Origin: Octopus bimaculoides
Taxonomy: Eukaryota
Direction of reading: 5' to 3'
DNA length: 55,485 nt
Assembly (NCBI RefSeq): GCF_001194135.2
Contig: NC_068985.1
Span: 51,307,128-51,362,612 of the forward strand
Positions within the stretch are counted from its first letter, which is position 1. Each line of letters begins with the position of its first letter. A model generated the notes under the pieces. That model was given only the letters and a program-made list of their open reading frames with translations, had not been told where the DNA came from and searched no databases. Below are positions 34,084 to 45,879 of the stretch, one piece after another. A program made the position numbers and the translations under genes.

Positions 34084-34584
34084 ACAAAAATATACTTGTA
34101 TACACAGAGAGAGGTGGTGGGGGAAGAACAAAAGAAACATTAAAAAGTCTGATGTCAAGTAAGTCAACAGCGAATTAATGATACCAAATAGATGGTGTTA
34201 AAATGGCTTTGTCAAGACGTCCTATATCCAAAAAGTAGACAGGGAGGAATTTCAATAATGTTCAGAATCTGAGTAAAATTTATATTATTTTAATAGATTT
34301 ACTCTGTAGCAAAGTTACATTCTGGCTAGCAGTGAAGACAAACCTATAACATATCACTAGTAATAAGTAGATTAATAACAGATTAGTACAGTTACAGTGT
34401 AAACTAGTGATAGCAAACCTATTATGAACCACAGATAATAGATTAATAATTGGTTAGTACAATCTAGCCCAGCAGTAATGACGGACCCAACATGTCAGCA
34501 TTAGCATGTCACTAGCATGTTTTCAGATACCGTGCAATGGATTTGAAAGAAGAAAAAAAAAAAAAGAAAGACTGCTACTGATAT

Positions 34585-35210
34585 TGGCTTCAAATTTTGG
34601 CACAAGACCAGTAAATTCAAGAGAGGGCTAACTCAATTTCATTAACCCCAGTACTGAAATGATGTAAGGCAGAGTCAACCTTGGTTGGAGTTTGAAATCA
34701 GAACATAAAGATGAACGAAATGCTGCTAATTATTTTGCCCAGCATGCCAATGACTTTGTCAGCCTAAATTTGTCTCTAATATTATGATATAAAAAAGGGA
34801 GTAAGCTGACAGAATCATTAGTACACCATCTTTATCTTTTGAGTTCAAATTCTGCAGGGGTCAACTTTGTCTTTCATCCTTTCAGGGTTGATAAAATAAG
34901 TACCAGTAAGGCACTGGACTCCATTTAATTGACTTAACCCCATCCCCAAAATTGCTGGCCTTGTGCCAAAATTTAAAACCAGAACTTAAGGCAGCAAGCT
35001 GGCAGAATCATTAGCACACCAGGCAAAATGATTAGTGGTGTTTGGTCTGTCTTTACATTCTGAGTTCAAGTTCCACCAAGGTCGACTTTGCCTTTCATCC
35101 TTTTGAGGTCTGTAAAATAAGTACCAGCTGAGCACTAGGGTCATCATAATCGACTTGCCCCTTCCCCGAAATTGCTGGCCTTGTGCCAAAATTTGAAACC
35201 AATATTATGG
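34585..35210. mobile_element. Cluster of three S2 SINEs: (-)34585-34760, (+)34795-34985, (+)34988-35210
   Basis: Each has the S2 core and the ttgctggccttgtgccaaaattt.aaacc tail in the stated orientation. Confidence 0.8.
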
Positions 35211-35659
35211 TATAAAAAACTAAGTAGATTTGAAAAAGAATTTTGTTTAAAAGATTAGTGTTTAAACACATCAGTGTTTAAAAAGATGTGATTTTTAATT
35301 GTGTCTAATGAAGCAGCTTTTTATATTAGAACCTATAAATTAAAGGTCACTTATAAATTAATGAATTAGCAACTCATTGTTGGCCATTTGTGCAGGCTTA
35401 GTTATACAAGTGCTTCATTTTAGCTTTTTTTAAAGCTATTTATGGCATTGACTGCTTGAAGCAAAAAAAATCTCAAAAAGACAGTGTTACTGTTGATTTG
35501 ATAAAATTAATAGTGTTCTTTGTATACTGCGTAAGAAGTAAGTTGGGAGTGGAATTTGGAATGTAAAATGGCATTTGACTCAAAGCACCAGCTGCCTCTA
35601 GAAAATTATATGATCATGAGAGCTACAGTGGAAACATTCCAAATCTCAGAATTCCTTTA

Positions 35660-35877
35660 ACCCTTTTGACAACAACAATCTGAGACCACTCCTGATTCTG
35701 TTCTTGGAAATTTAAAGAGATCTAAATTATAACCTATGAAAAATACTTGTTCATTTACGTTCCAAATATCAACTTTAATAATGACAAAGTCATTTTCATA
35801 AATTTTTTTATTATTTTCAAAATTAATTGAAACAGAGGCAATGTCTTTTCGCAGAAATTTGGGAATGAAAGAGTTAG
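35660..35877 (+). mobile_element. MITE B copy
   Basis: ttaacccttttgac...ctgagaccac...ttttcaaaattaattgaaacag...gaaagagttag. Confidence 0.7.
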
Positions 35878-36249
35878 ATTATTTGGCAGAATCCTTGCAT
35901 TTAGAAGCAGCAAGTTTTAATATTATTGATAACAGAAAAACCACCCAGTAATGTGGAGTTTAATAAAGATGCTTTCATTAAATACACACTATATTTTTCA
36001 TATTTCCATAATAAACTCACAATAGTAGTGTGAATGAGCTAGCAATAAGCAGAAATACAGTTAAAGACAGAGTTACACAAATGAATGTTAATATAAAAAA
36101 AAAATCAATTTTAAGAATGTAAATACTTGTGTCTATTTTCTACTGGTATTGATGGAATCATTGATGTTACCACCATTGGTTTAATTAGCTATTATTGCAG
36201 GAAATTTTCACAGAGATACTATCCACTGAAAGTTGATTAAGCATTTTCA

Positions 36250-37290
36250 TATAAGCCAATCTGAGACCACCCTTTGGTCTACAATTCAAATTTCATGTTT
36301 AACCCTTTAGCAATTAAGCCAACCATATCTGACCAAAATATTCTACCTGTTTAATGTTCAAAACCAGCAAGGTCAAGCCTCTTATAACTATCCTGCAATA
36401 TCAATCTAAAAGTAGACAATCATCATCATCATCATCGTTTAACATCCGCTTTCCATGCTAGCATGGGATGGACAATTTGACTGAGGACTGGTGAATCAGA
36501 TGGCTACACCAGATTCCAGTCTGATTTGGCAGAGTTTCTACAACTGGATGCCCTTCCTAATGCCAACCACTCCGAGAGTGTAGTGGGTGCTTTTACGTGC
36601 CACCAGCATGAAGGCCAGTCAGGTGGTACGGGCAACGGCCACGCTCAAAATGGTGTATTTTACATGCCACCTGCACAGGAGCAAGTCCAGCGGCACTGGC
36701 ACGATCTTGCTCGAATGTCTTTACACATGCCACCGGCACAAGTGCCAGAAAGGCGATGCTGGGCACAGGTGCCATCACGATTTCACTTTCACTTGTCCCA
36801 ACAGGTCTTTGCAAGCCGAGTTTCGTGTCCAATGAAGGGGACGATGTTGGCATGGGTGCCAGTCGTTGAAGTTAGTTCGATTCCGATTTCACTTGCCTCA
36901 ACAGGTCTTCGCAAGTGGAGTTTTGTGTCCAAAGAAGGAAGGTACACATAAGTGGGCTGGCTACACCCCTGGCGGAGGCCTTGGATTTAGGTCTCACTTG
37001 GCTTGCCGGGTCTTCTCACGCACAGCCACATTATATCAATCTTCAAGCTACAAAATAATGCATAATTCATTCAAGACAATGTGAATAGATAAGCATTACA
37101 TTTGACAGAGTGAACTGAATGTTAAAGGATTAAAGTAATCCCTTATTAAAACCTTCTATCAAAATTTCACATTAATCTATAATCCAAACAGCAGCTGAAT
37201 AATAATGAAGTCATTCTGCCAAGTTCTTCATTGTTTTCAAAATTTACTGAAACAAAATCAGTGCATTTGAATGAAAATGTGATGGAAAAA
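36250..37290 (+). mobile_element. MITE B split by MITE A (36303-37129), itself split by an RTE 3' fragment (36421-37027)
   Basis: MITE B 5' part ctgagaccaccctttgg..tttcatgt|TTAA(36299-302) and 3' part TTAA(37130-33)|agtaatc..ttaaaaccttctatcaaaatttc; MITE A TIRs ccctttagca/tgttaaagga; RTE reverse strand ends AVREKTRQAK* then 3' UTR and (GAT)n. Confidence 0.8.
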
Positions 37291-37351
37291 AAAGAAAAAG
37301 GCTAAAATTGGAAGATTTGTTTCAAAACACAGCAAAGAAAAAAATGCTTAT

Positions 37352-37575
37352 TCTTTTACTCTTTTACTTGTTTCAGTCATCTGATTGTGGCCAAGCTGGG
37401 GCAGTGCCTTAAAGGGTTATAATCGAAGAAATCAATTTCAGGACTTATTCTTTATAAACTTAGTACCTAGTCCCTTTTGCCAAACCGCTACGTTATAGGG
37501 ACATAAATGCACCAACATTGATTGACAAGCAATGGGGCAGGGTACAAACACAGACACAAAGACACACACACATAA

Positions 37576-37627
<52 letters not shown>

Positions 37628-37800
37628 GCACACACACACACACACACGACAGGTTTCTATCATCTTCTGTCTACCAAATCCACTCACAAGACTTTGGTTG
37701 GCCCGAGGCTATAATAGAAGATACTTTCCCAAAGTGCCACACGGTGGGGCTGAACTGGAACCATGTGGTTGGAAGGCAAACTTCTTACCACACAGCCATG
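37352..37800 (-). mobile_element. S1 SINE, full length
   Basis: (ttttact) tail to head cttaccacacagccatg with internal (TA)n(CA)n. Confidence 0.9.
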
Positions 37801-38019
37801 CTTATGTGTTGTCAAAATATTTTGTGCAAAAGTAAGAATTATCAAAATTGGTTACGACAGAAGCTGCCTCCAATGTGGTAAGCAGTAATGTTGTTCTTGC
37901 AAAACAATTTACAGAAGCTTCTGTTCCATTGCACTGAATTTATATACCAGGAAATTCTGTCTGCAATTACAAGTTTTTTTTTGTTTTTTTTATTTAAGGT
38001 TTTGATAATGTGATCTTTT

Positions 38020-38870
38020 ACTTATTTTAGTCATTTGACTGGGGTCATAACTGGCACCACCTTGAAGAGTTTAGCTGTATGAATTGACCTGAGGATTTTT
38101 TAGGCCTGATACTTATTACATTGCTCCCTTTTGCCAAACTGCTAGATTATGGGGATGTAAACAAACCAATAGCAGTTGTCAAATGGTGTGGAAACAAAGA
38201 AAATAACAAACACACACACACATGCACATATATTCTTTTATTCTTTTACTTGTTTCAGTTATTAGACTGCGGTCATGCTGGGGTACCGCCTTGAAGGATT
38301 TTAGTTGAACAAATCAACCCCAGGGCTTTTTTTAAAGCCTATTACTTATTCTATTGGTCTCTTTTTGCCAAACTGCTAAGTTACAGGATTGTAAATACAC
38401 CAATACCAGTTGTCAAGCAGTGATGAGGGAACAAAGGCACAAAGACACACACACACATAGTTATATACATATAAATAAATATATACATATACGACGGGCT
38501 TCTTTCAGTTTCCATCTACCAAATTCACTCACAAGGCTTTGGTCAGCCTGAGGCTATAGTAGAAAACATTTACCCAAGGTGCCACACAGTGTGAATGAAC
38601 CTGGAAACAGGTGGTTGGGAAGCAAGCTTCTAACCACACAGCCATGCCTGTACCTTCACACACACATATGCACATATAACAGGCTTCCACATAGTTTCCA
38701 TCTACCAAATTCACTCACAAAGCATTGGCTGGCCTGAGGCTATAGTAGGAGACATATGACCAAGTTGCCATGCAGTAGGACTGAACCTGAAACCATATGG
38801 TTGCAAAATGAACTTCTTACCCACACCATGTCGTTGGGAAGTAAACTTCATACTCCACAGCTATGCCTTA
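38020..38870 (-). mobile_element. S1 cluster: tail fragment 38020-38220, full copy 38233-38650, head fragments 38690-38870
   Basis: Repeated S1 tail, core and head segments all in minus orientation. Confidence 0.8.
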
Positions 38871-39597
38871 CACTAACATATTGTACAATACTGAACAAAA
38901 ATATACAATAATATACAATACTGCATTGTAGAATTCATGTACAGTATTCTATTGTACAATAATGTATTACAATATATTGTAGAATAATGTACAGTACTAC
39001 ATCATATAATATTTACAATAATAATGTAGGATGTGTCAGTCATAGCAAAGTATTTGAACAATTTGTGGAATGTTTTTATGACTACTTTTAGATATGTAAA
39101 GCATGGAGCATGATTTATAACTGTTAAAGGTGTACACTTGGTTCAGCAATAAACCTGTTTTTCACAATTTTTTTCATATTATATTACATTTAAACTTAAT
39201 ATTAGACTGCAAGTTCCTCTTTTTCTTTTACTTAAAATTTTTAAATCTATTGACTTGACATGTGGTTTGATCAACAGATTTGACAGTAAACTTGGCATGT
39301 TTCAACATGGTTTAGAAAATAAAAGCTTCACATTCTTCCCACAAGTGAAGAAAATATTTGAAGAAACCTAGAGGTAATAATTTTGAACAACACACAAAGC
39401 AATTCATGGAAGTTCTAAGTGCTGTGACTGGACAGTTTTCTCTGAGATTTCTACAATTCACAGATGTAGAGAAAGCAAAATAATTCATAAAAATATTTTT
39501 ACCAAAGGACAGTTCAGGGATTTGAAATTCAAAATGTCATTGAATGATTAGATTAAAGAGATTTAGAAAAGTAGGGAGGGGACTTCCTTTTTGGACC

Positions 39598-39960
39598 AAC
39601 CCTTTCGTTATCTAATTCCTGTTGAAATACATTGACTTTGTAGCAATTAATTTTGAAATTGATGAAGAATTTAGCACTTAGTAAAATAACTTAGTCATTA
39701 TTTAGTGCTTGCAATAAAATGAACATGGAAACTTTTATAGGTTTTAATTTAGACTACTTTAACTCTATTGTTAGTGCATGTCTGATAAAATACAATGACT
39801 TGGTTTTAATTAATTTTGAAATTAACAAAGAATTTAGCAAGACAATTTTATTAGTAAGATTAATGAAGAATTTGGTGGAACAATTTTGTCCCTTCTTAAG
39901 CTGGTATTTAGAACATGAAGTTTTAATGGAAGTTTTTAGTTTAACAAGCAAAATATCTAG
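39598..39960 (-). mobile_element. Two tandem degenerate MITE B copies
   Basis: aattaattttgaaatt..tgaagaatttagca occurs at ~39647 and ~39808, reverse complement of the MITE B 3' half; starts ccctttcgtta. Confidence 0.6.
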
Positions 39961-40039
39961 TTACCAAAATTTCTCCTTTGGGAAGTTAGTGTATAGTTTC
40001 AGATAACATTCGTTCATTCATTCATTAATTGCTTCGCAT

Positions 40040-40461
40040 TTTAATTTGTTTGTATTTGTAAAAATATTTGAGTATTATGCTGTATAATTTATGCAGTCAA
40101 TTTTTATATACACACACTTCTCCACGTCTGGCTGTACAGCCTTTTGTTTGTTTATTTCACCATTTCGTTTTCCTGTCTTGTTTTCCGTCCGCCACTACCC
40201 TCCACGAAAAAATTTATTTGTGTTTGTGGGAAGAGCCATGTTAACAATGCGTCCTGCCCTAACTCTTCGAAACGCCAGTGTTTTAATGGTGGCAGCTGAT
40301 GAAGGATATGTTCTCTATGTGGCCTGCTTGTTTTTTTGTACCTTATTTATCATTTTGTCCATGTTTTTTTGCAACGTCATGTACCCAGATATGTATCTAT
40401 ATGTACATGTAGATGAAGGTATGTACATACATGTACATATATATGCATATACTCATATATT

Positions 40462-40530
<69 letters not shown>
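40040..40530 (+). repeat. Interspersed repeat, probably PLE-associated, ending in (TA)n
   Basis: 40297-40470 matches 4866-5050; contains cttcgaaacg and gctgatgaagg motifs typical of PLE termini. Confidence 0.55.
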
Positions 40531-40534
<4 letters not shown>

Positions 40535-40788
40535 TATAAGTGTAATTGCATACAAAAACTAGATAAAAATTTGTTATACATTAAATTATTTACTTTAGCA
40601 AAGAACTGTCTCTACACATTCAACCTCTGGGCAACTCTAAGTACCAGGGTTTGCACGTAGATATGTATGTATATACATTCATGCATAAGACACAATCAAA
40701 CAGATAAATAGAGAGAGACAGATAGAAAGATAGATAAAAAGACAGACAGATGAACAGATATACAGATGGGCACAGACAGACAGTCTCA

Positions 40789-40848
<60 letters not shown>

Positions 40849-41297
40849 GAGTGAGTGAGAAAGAGTAAAAGAGAGAGAGAAAGAGGAGTGTTTATAAATA
40901 TATATTTACCTGAATAAGCTTGCTATTTCAGTGCTTTTAATGTATCCAATCTGTTTGTTTTGATCCTGGAAAAGGAAATGGAAACAAAATATTGAACACT
41001 GTATACGCCACACCTTTGTCTTATTCACACTTTCATTTCTGCCAGAAAAAAAATATTTAAACACCAAATATCTAAGTGCCGCCATTTTTATACATTATGT
41101 TCACTTGATTATTTATTCAGTAAATCCATTTTTTTTTTAAATAAAAAAAATATTGTTTTCATTTTCTACAGTTTTTCGTTTCATACTAGTTGTTTATTAA
41201 CTATTATGTAACTTGTTAATAAATAGAGATGATAATAAAGATGTCTAAACAGCCACACTTCATACCTTTCAACAAATGACTACACCACGGTGTATAT

Positions 41298-41507
41298 ACT
41301 CTTTTACTCTTTTACTTGTTTCAGTCATTTGACTGCAGCCATGCTGGAGCACCGCCTTTAGTCGAGCAAATCGACCCCAGGACTTATTCTTTGTAAGCCT
41401 AGTATTTGTTCTATCGGTCTCTTTTGCCAAACTGCTAAGTTACGGGGACGTAAACACACCACCATCGGTTGTCAAGCAATGTTGGGGGGGACAAACACAG
41501 ACACACA

Positions 41508-41555
<48 letters not shown>

Positions 41556-41720
41556 TACGACGGGCTTCTTTCAGTTTCCATCTACCAAATCCACTCACAA
41601 GGCTTTGGTCGGCCTGGGGCTATAGTAGAAGACACTTGCCCAAAGTGTCACGCAGTGTGACTGAACCCGGAATCATGTGGTTGGTAAGCACACTACTTAC
41701 CACACAGCTACTCCTATGCC
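41298..41720 (-). mobile_element. S1 SINE, full length, low divergence
   Basis: Nearly co-linear with 11505-11916 and the reverse of 51894-52326. Confidence 0.9.
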
Positions 41721-41741
41721 TATAAAAAGGTGTGCCCCAGT

Positions 41742-41922
41742 ACACCCGCATGATTTTCACTAGGGTGTTCGAGTTAGGGTTTTAGGGTCAGAGTTAAGGT
41801 TTTAGGGTTAGGATTAGGGTCAGGGTGTAAGGGTTTAGGGTTAGGGTTAGCGTTAGGATTAGGGTTAGGTTTAGAGTTAGGGTTAGGTAATCGTGCAGGT
41901 GTTAATCTGAAAAATTACCGTA
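41742..41922 (+). mobile_element. Telomeric-repeat MITE-like element: TIR-(TTAGGG-like)n-TIR
   Basis: acacccgcatgatt(41742-55) pairs 12/14 with aatcgtgcaggtgt(41889-902); ~120 bp degenerate TTAGGG array between; right end ...ttaatctgaaaaattaccgta. Confidence 0.8.
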
Positions 41923-42189
41923 TATAGTAGGGTGCTCCAGTGAGTGGAAGCATGATGTGTCTGGAGCAATGATTCCGTACATAATTCTGCTGGTTCTGAG
42001 TCCGACTTGGAGCTTAAGGATCTCAACAATAACAACAAGCCTGAAAGCAGTCCTGGACGAATATGTTAGGTTCAATCAAATGTATAAGAACATTGTACAT
42101 GCCCCTTTTCATAGCTTCTAATAAAGGTAGGAGGAAGGATGGAAGGAAAGAGAAGGTATTCTCAAACCAGAGGATGGTTGCTTGATAGC

Positions 42190-42389
42190 TGTGTGAAATG
42201 TAATGCTAATTTATTCACATCGTTTTGAGTTAATCATGCATTATCTTGTAGCTTTGTGATTTTGACGATATGATCGATTATCTTTAAAATGACAATGTAA
42301 GGTAAGTCTGAGAGGCCAGATCTGGCCGGTTTGAACATAAAAACAGGTAAAATATTTGGGTCAGATATGATCAGTTTAAACACTAAAGG
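42190..42389 (+). mobile_element. MITE A copy
   Basis: aaatgtaatgc...ttaatcatgcattatct...gagaggc.agatctggc.ggtttgaacataaaa...actaaaggg; co-linear with 569-797. Confidence 0.75.
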
Positions 42390-42467
42390 GAACTCACGAC
42401 CTTACGATTGTGAGCTAAATATTCTAACCACTATGTCATGCATTTGGATACACACACACACACACAC

Positions 42468-42532
<65 letters not shown>

Positions 42533-42534
42533 GC

Positions 42535-42685
42535 ATATACATGATAGGCTTCTTTCAGTTGACATCAACCAAATTCCTTCACAAGGATTTGGTAGCAGAA
42601 GGCACTTGCCTTATAAGGTTCCATACAGTGGAACTGAACCTAAAACCATATGGTTGGAGAGCAAATTTCTTATCCACACAGCCAC
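42535..42685 (-). mobile_element. S1 SINE 5' half
   Basis: ggcttctttcagtt...cagtggaactgaacctaaaaccatatggttgg...cacacagcc. Confidence 0.75.
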
Positions 42686-43529
42686 CACATCTGCATCCCA
42701 AGCACAGAAAAAGCAAAAAAAAAAAAAAAATTAAAATAATAATAATAATAATGACTTTTGAAATTTGTAGATTTCAAGGGCAGATAGAAAACGTAAAAGA
42801 AAAAATATATATTTGAGTGAGAATGGAATTTGGCTCAACAAATACAAATTACTCAGTTCTGGAAGTTAGCTGTTCAGCCAAGGAAATAAAATAACAAAGA
42901 CCACAACAAACACAAAAAAATGCTTTTCTTTGTTGTTCCTATTGAGGACAAAATGTTAACAAGTACAGTGTGTGCGTAACATAGTTTAATTTTTCTCTCT
43001 TCCTTAGCTGATTGTGAGCAGGTATGGTTGAGTGGTTAAGCAATTCGTTTCCTAACACTGATATAATTGTAAGTTCAACCTCACCTCATGGCACCATAGA
43101 AAAAAAATAGAGGTTTTTTTATACCCTTTTTCCAAAAAATTTTTTTACCATATCCTGGAGTTTGCTGAAGTCTTGTGAGTGAAATTCTTACAGACGAAAA
43201 CTATTTGGAAGCCTGTCAGAGAGGCCATCCTGGTCTTAGGTGATAGACGTAATCTACTCTAACACCATCACCCAGTTCTTTCTTGGNNNNNNNNNNNNNN
43301 NNNNNNNNNNNNNNNNNNNNNNNNNNNNNNNNNNNNNNNNNNNNNNNNNNNNNNNNNGCTCTATTAAGCATTCAAGCCAGTCTGGTTTGAGAATATTTCT
43401 TTTTTTTTTTCTTCCTTTCTTCTATCCTTCCAACCCTCCTTTCACTAATTAGAGATCATGAAAAAGAGCATGTGCAATGTCCTTACACTTTTGACTGAAC
43501 CTAACAAAAATCCATCTGAGAAGATTATG

Positions 43530-43870
43530 TCCCCAATCTTATGACTCCATAAAAGATGAACTCTATACACAGAGAGTCAAAGATGGAGTTGTTATGTGGT
43601 CACACAGTCTGCTAGAAATAATAGCTGAAACTTCAAATAAAGTCATGCTTTCTCAAAGAATAAAATACGATAATGTTGGGCTAAATACTTTTAAAAAGAC
43701 AGGGTGGTCATGGTTGGAATGTTTTTAACTAAGTTTACTCAAACAATGCGGAAAGCAGATATATCCTTTTAAAATTACATAACCCCTAACTGTAAGAAAG
43801 CAGTTTTATATACCAATCTATCTTTAGTTGAGGAATGTAATGTCATTTTTGAAACTATTTTCTGTCAGGT
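43530..43870 (-). mobile_element. S4 repeat plus adjacent segment (homologous to 12975-13240)
   Basis: cagtctgctagaaata..agctgaa...ggtggtcatggttggaatg then gcagttttatataccaatctatcttt. Confidence 0.5.
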
Positions 43871-43939
43871 TTACTGAGGCAATGTGACTTGCAGAAAATA
43901 CCAATTCCATTTTTTAATAGATATCTAACATTACTTGAA

Positions 43940-44115
43940 TCATTATCATCGTTTAACATCTGCCTTCCATGCTAGCATGGGTTGGACGATTTGATAGGAA
44001 CCAGCCAGGTAGAAGACTACACCAGGCAGTCTGTTTTGGCAGGGTTGGATGCCCTTCCTAACACCAATCACCCCGCAGAATGGACTGAGTGCTTTTCATG
44101 TGACACCAGCACAGA
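43940..44115 (-). mobile_element. RTE LINE short 3' fragment
   Basis: atcatcgtttaacatc..ccttccatgctagcatgggttggacg...ggatgcccttcctaacaccaatc. Confidence 0.75.
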
Positions 44116-44325
44116 CAAGTTGAATAGCCATAAAATTTAATTTCAGAGTTAAACAGTTAACTACAATGACATCATGATGATGTAAAATCTACTCCAGTAT
44201 TTGACTGGTACTTATTTAATTGCTCCTGAGCAAACAAAAATGAACTTGACTTCAGAATGATTTGAACTCAAAACAGAAAGGGTTAACTATCATAATATTT
44301 TTTTTTTCAAGTTCTCTACAGCATT

Positions 44326-44532
44326 ATCCCTTGGGCATTTAAACCGTCCATATCTGACTAAAATATTTTACCTCTTTTATGCTCAAACTGGCCACATCTG
44401 GTCTCTCACACCTACCTTACAATATCATTTTAAAGATAAACAACCATATCATCAAAATCTCAAAGCTACATGATAATGCATGATTATGTGAATAAATTAG
44501 CATTACATTTCACACAGTAATCTGACTCATAA
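44326..44532 (-). mobile_element. MITE A copy
   Basis: cccttgggcatttaaacc..ccatatctg..taaaatatttt...gataatgcatgatta..tagcattacatttc; reverse of 569-797. Confidence 0.75.
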
Positions 44533-45298
44533 ACTCCTTCGATTACATCTTATTGAATTTAAGGAAAAGTGCAAAATTAAAGCCACAGCAACATCAGAAA
44601 TAACACTTTCTTTTACCCCACTTTCAATCACCAGTTCAACCAGTTCACCTTCTGAACCCATGTCTGTCTACTAAGCGACTAACGGACTAATGAAAACATT
44701 GACTTGGTTATGTAACAGAGAGTGATAACCTCAGTAACCTGTGATTCACTAATTGTGTACATTGTCGACAATGATGTCATTGGTTACATGATCTTAATAG
44801 GTTCACAGTTGTTATTAAACTGTGATAAGNNNNNNNNNNNNNNNNNNNNNNNNNNNNNNNNNNNNNNNNNNNNNNNNNNNNNNNNNNNNNNNNNNNNNNN
44901 NNNNNNNNNNNNNNNNNNNNNNNNNNNNNNNNNNNNNNNNNNNNNNNNNNNNNNNNNNNNNNNNNNNNNNNNNNNNNNNNNNNNNNNNNNNNNNNNNNNN
45001 NNNNNNNNNNNNNNNNNNNNNNNNNNNNNNNNNNNNNNNNNNNNNNNNNNNNNNNNNNNNNNNNNNNNNNNNNNNNNNNNNNNNNNNNNNNNNNNNNNNN
45101 NNNNNNNNNNNNNNNNNNNNNNNNNNNNNNNNNNNNNNNNNNNNNNNNNNNNNNNNNNNNNNNNNNNNNNNNNNNNNNNNNNNNNNNNNNNNNNNNNNNN
45201 NNNNNNNNNNNNNNNNNNNNNNNNNNNNNNNNNNNNNNNNNNNNNNNNNNNNNNNNNNNNNNNNNNNNNNNNNNNNNNNNNNNNNNNNNNNNNNNNNN

Positions 45299-45600
45299 CA
45301 AGTGGCTGAGCACTCCACAGACACGTGTACCCTTAACGTAGTTCTCGGGGATATTCAGCATGACACAGTGTGACAAGGCTGGCCATTTGAATTACAGGCA
45401 CAACAGAAACAGGAAGTAAGAGTGAGAGAAAGTTGTGGTGGAAGAGTACAGCAGGGTTCGCCACCATCTCCTGCCGGAGCCTCGTGGAGCTTTAGGTGTT
45501 TCCGCTCAATAAACACTCACAACGCCCGGTCTGGGAATCGAAACCACGATCCTGTGACTGCAAGTCCGCTGCTCTAACCACTGGGCCATTGCGCCTCCAC
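45299..45600 (-). mobile_element. S3 SINE (3' end lost in gap)
   Basis: Reverse complement of 31364/50258 ending ccactgggccattgcgcctccac. Confidence 0.9.
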
Positions 45601-45879
45601 AACACCAGAGAATATATAGAATAATAGTGCCAGAACAGGTGCAGGTGCCACAATTAGGCAGCAAGCTCTTAAATAAATATATATATTAGCAACAGAGGCA
45701 GTATTAATACTGAGAGGTAATATTTATCCCCATTTACACATGCATGCTCTGTTAGAACAAACTATATTGCAGTAAATATGTTGGCATGGGTTGGACAGTT
45801 TGACAGGATCCTACCATCTCAAGGACTGCCAATAAACACATGTGGACTACATGTATATACATGCATGCACGATAGTTGT

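Noticed and set aside
40265-40310. GAAA followed by CTGATGA (possible type II hammerhead)
   Set aside because: No valid NUH triplet or stem I between the two core halves.
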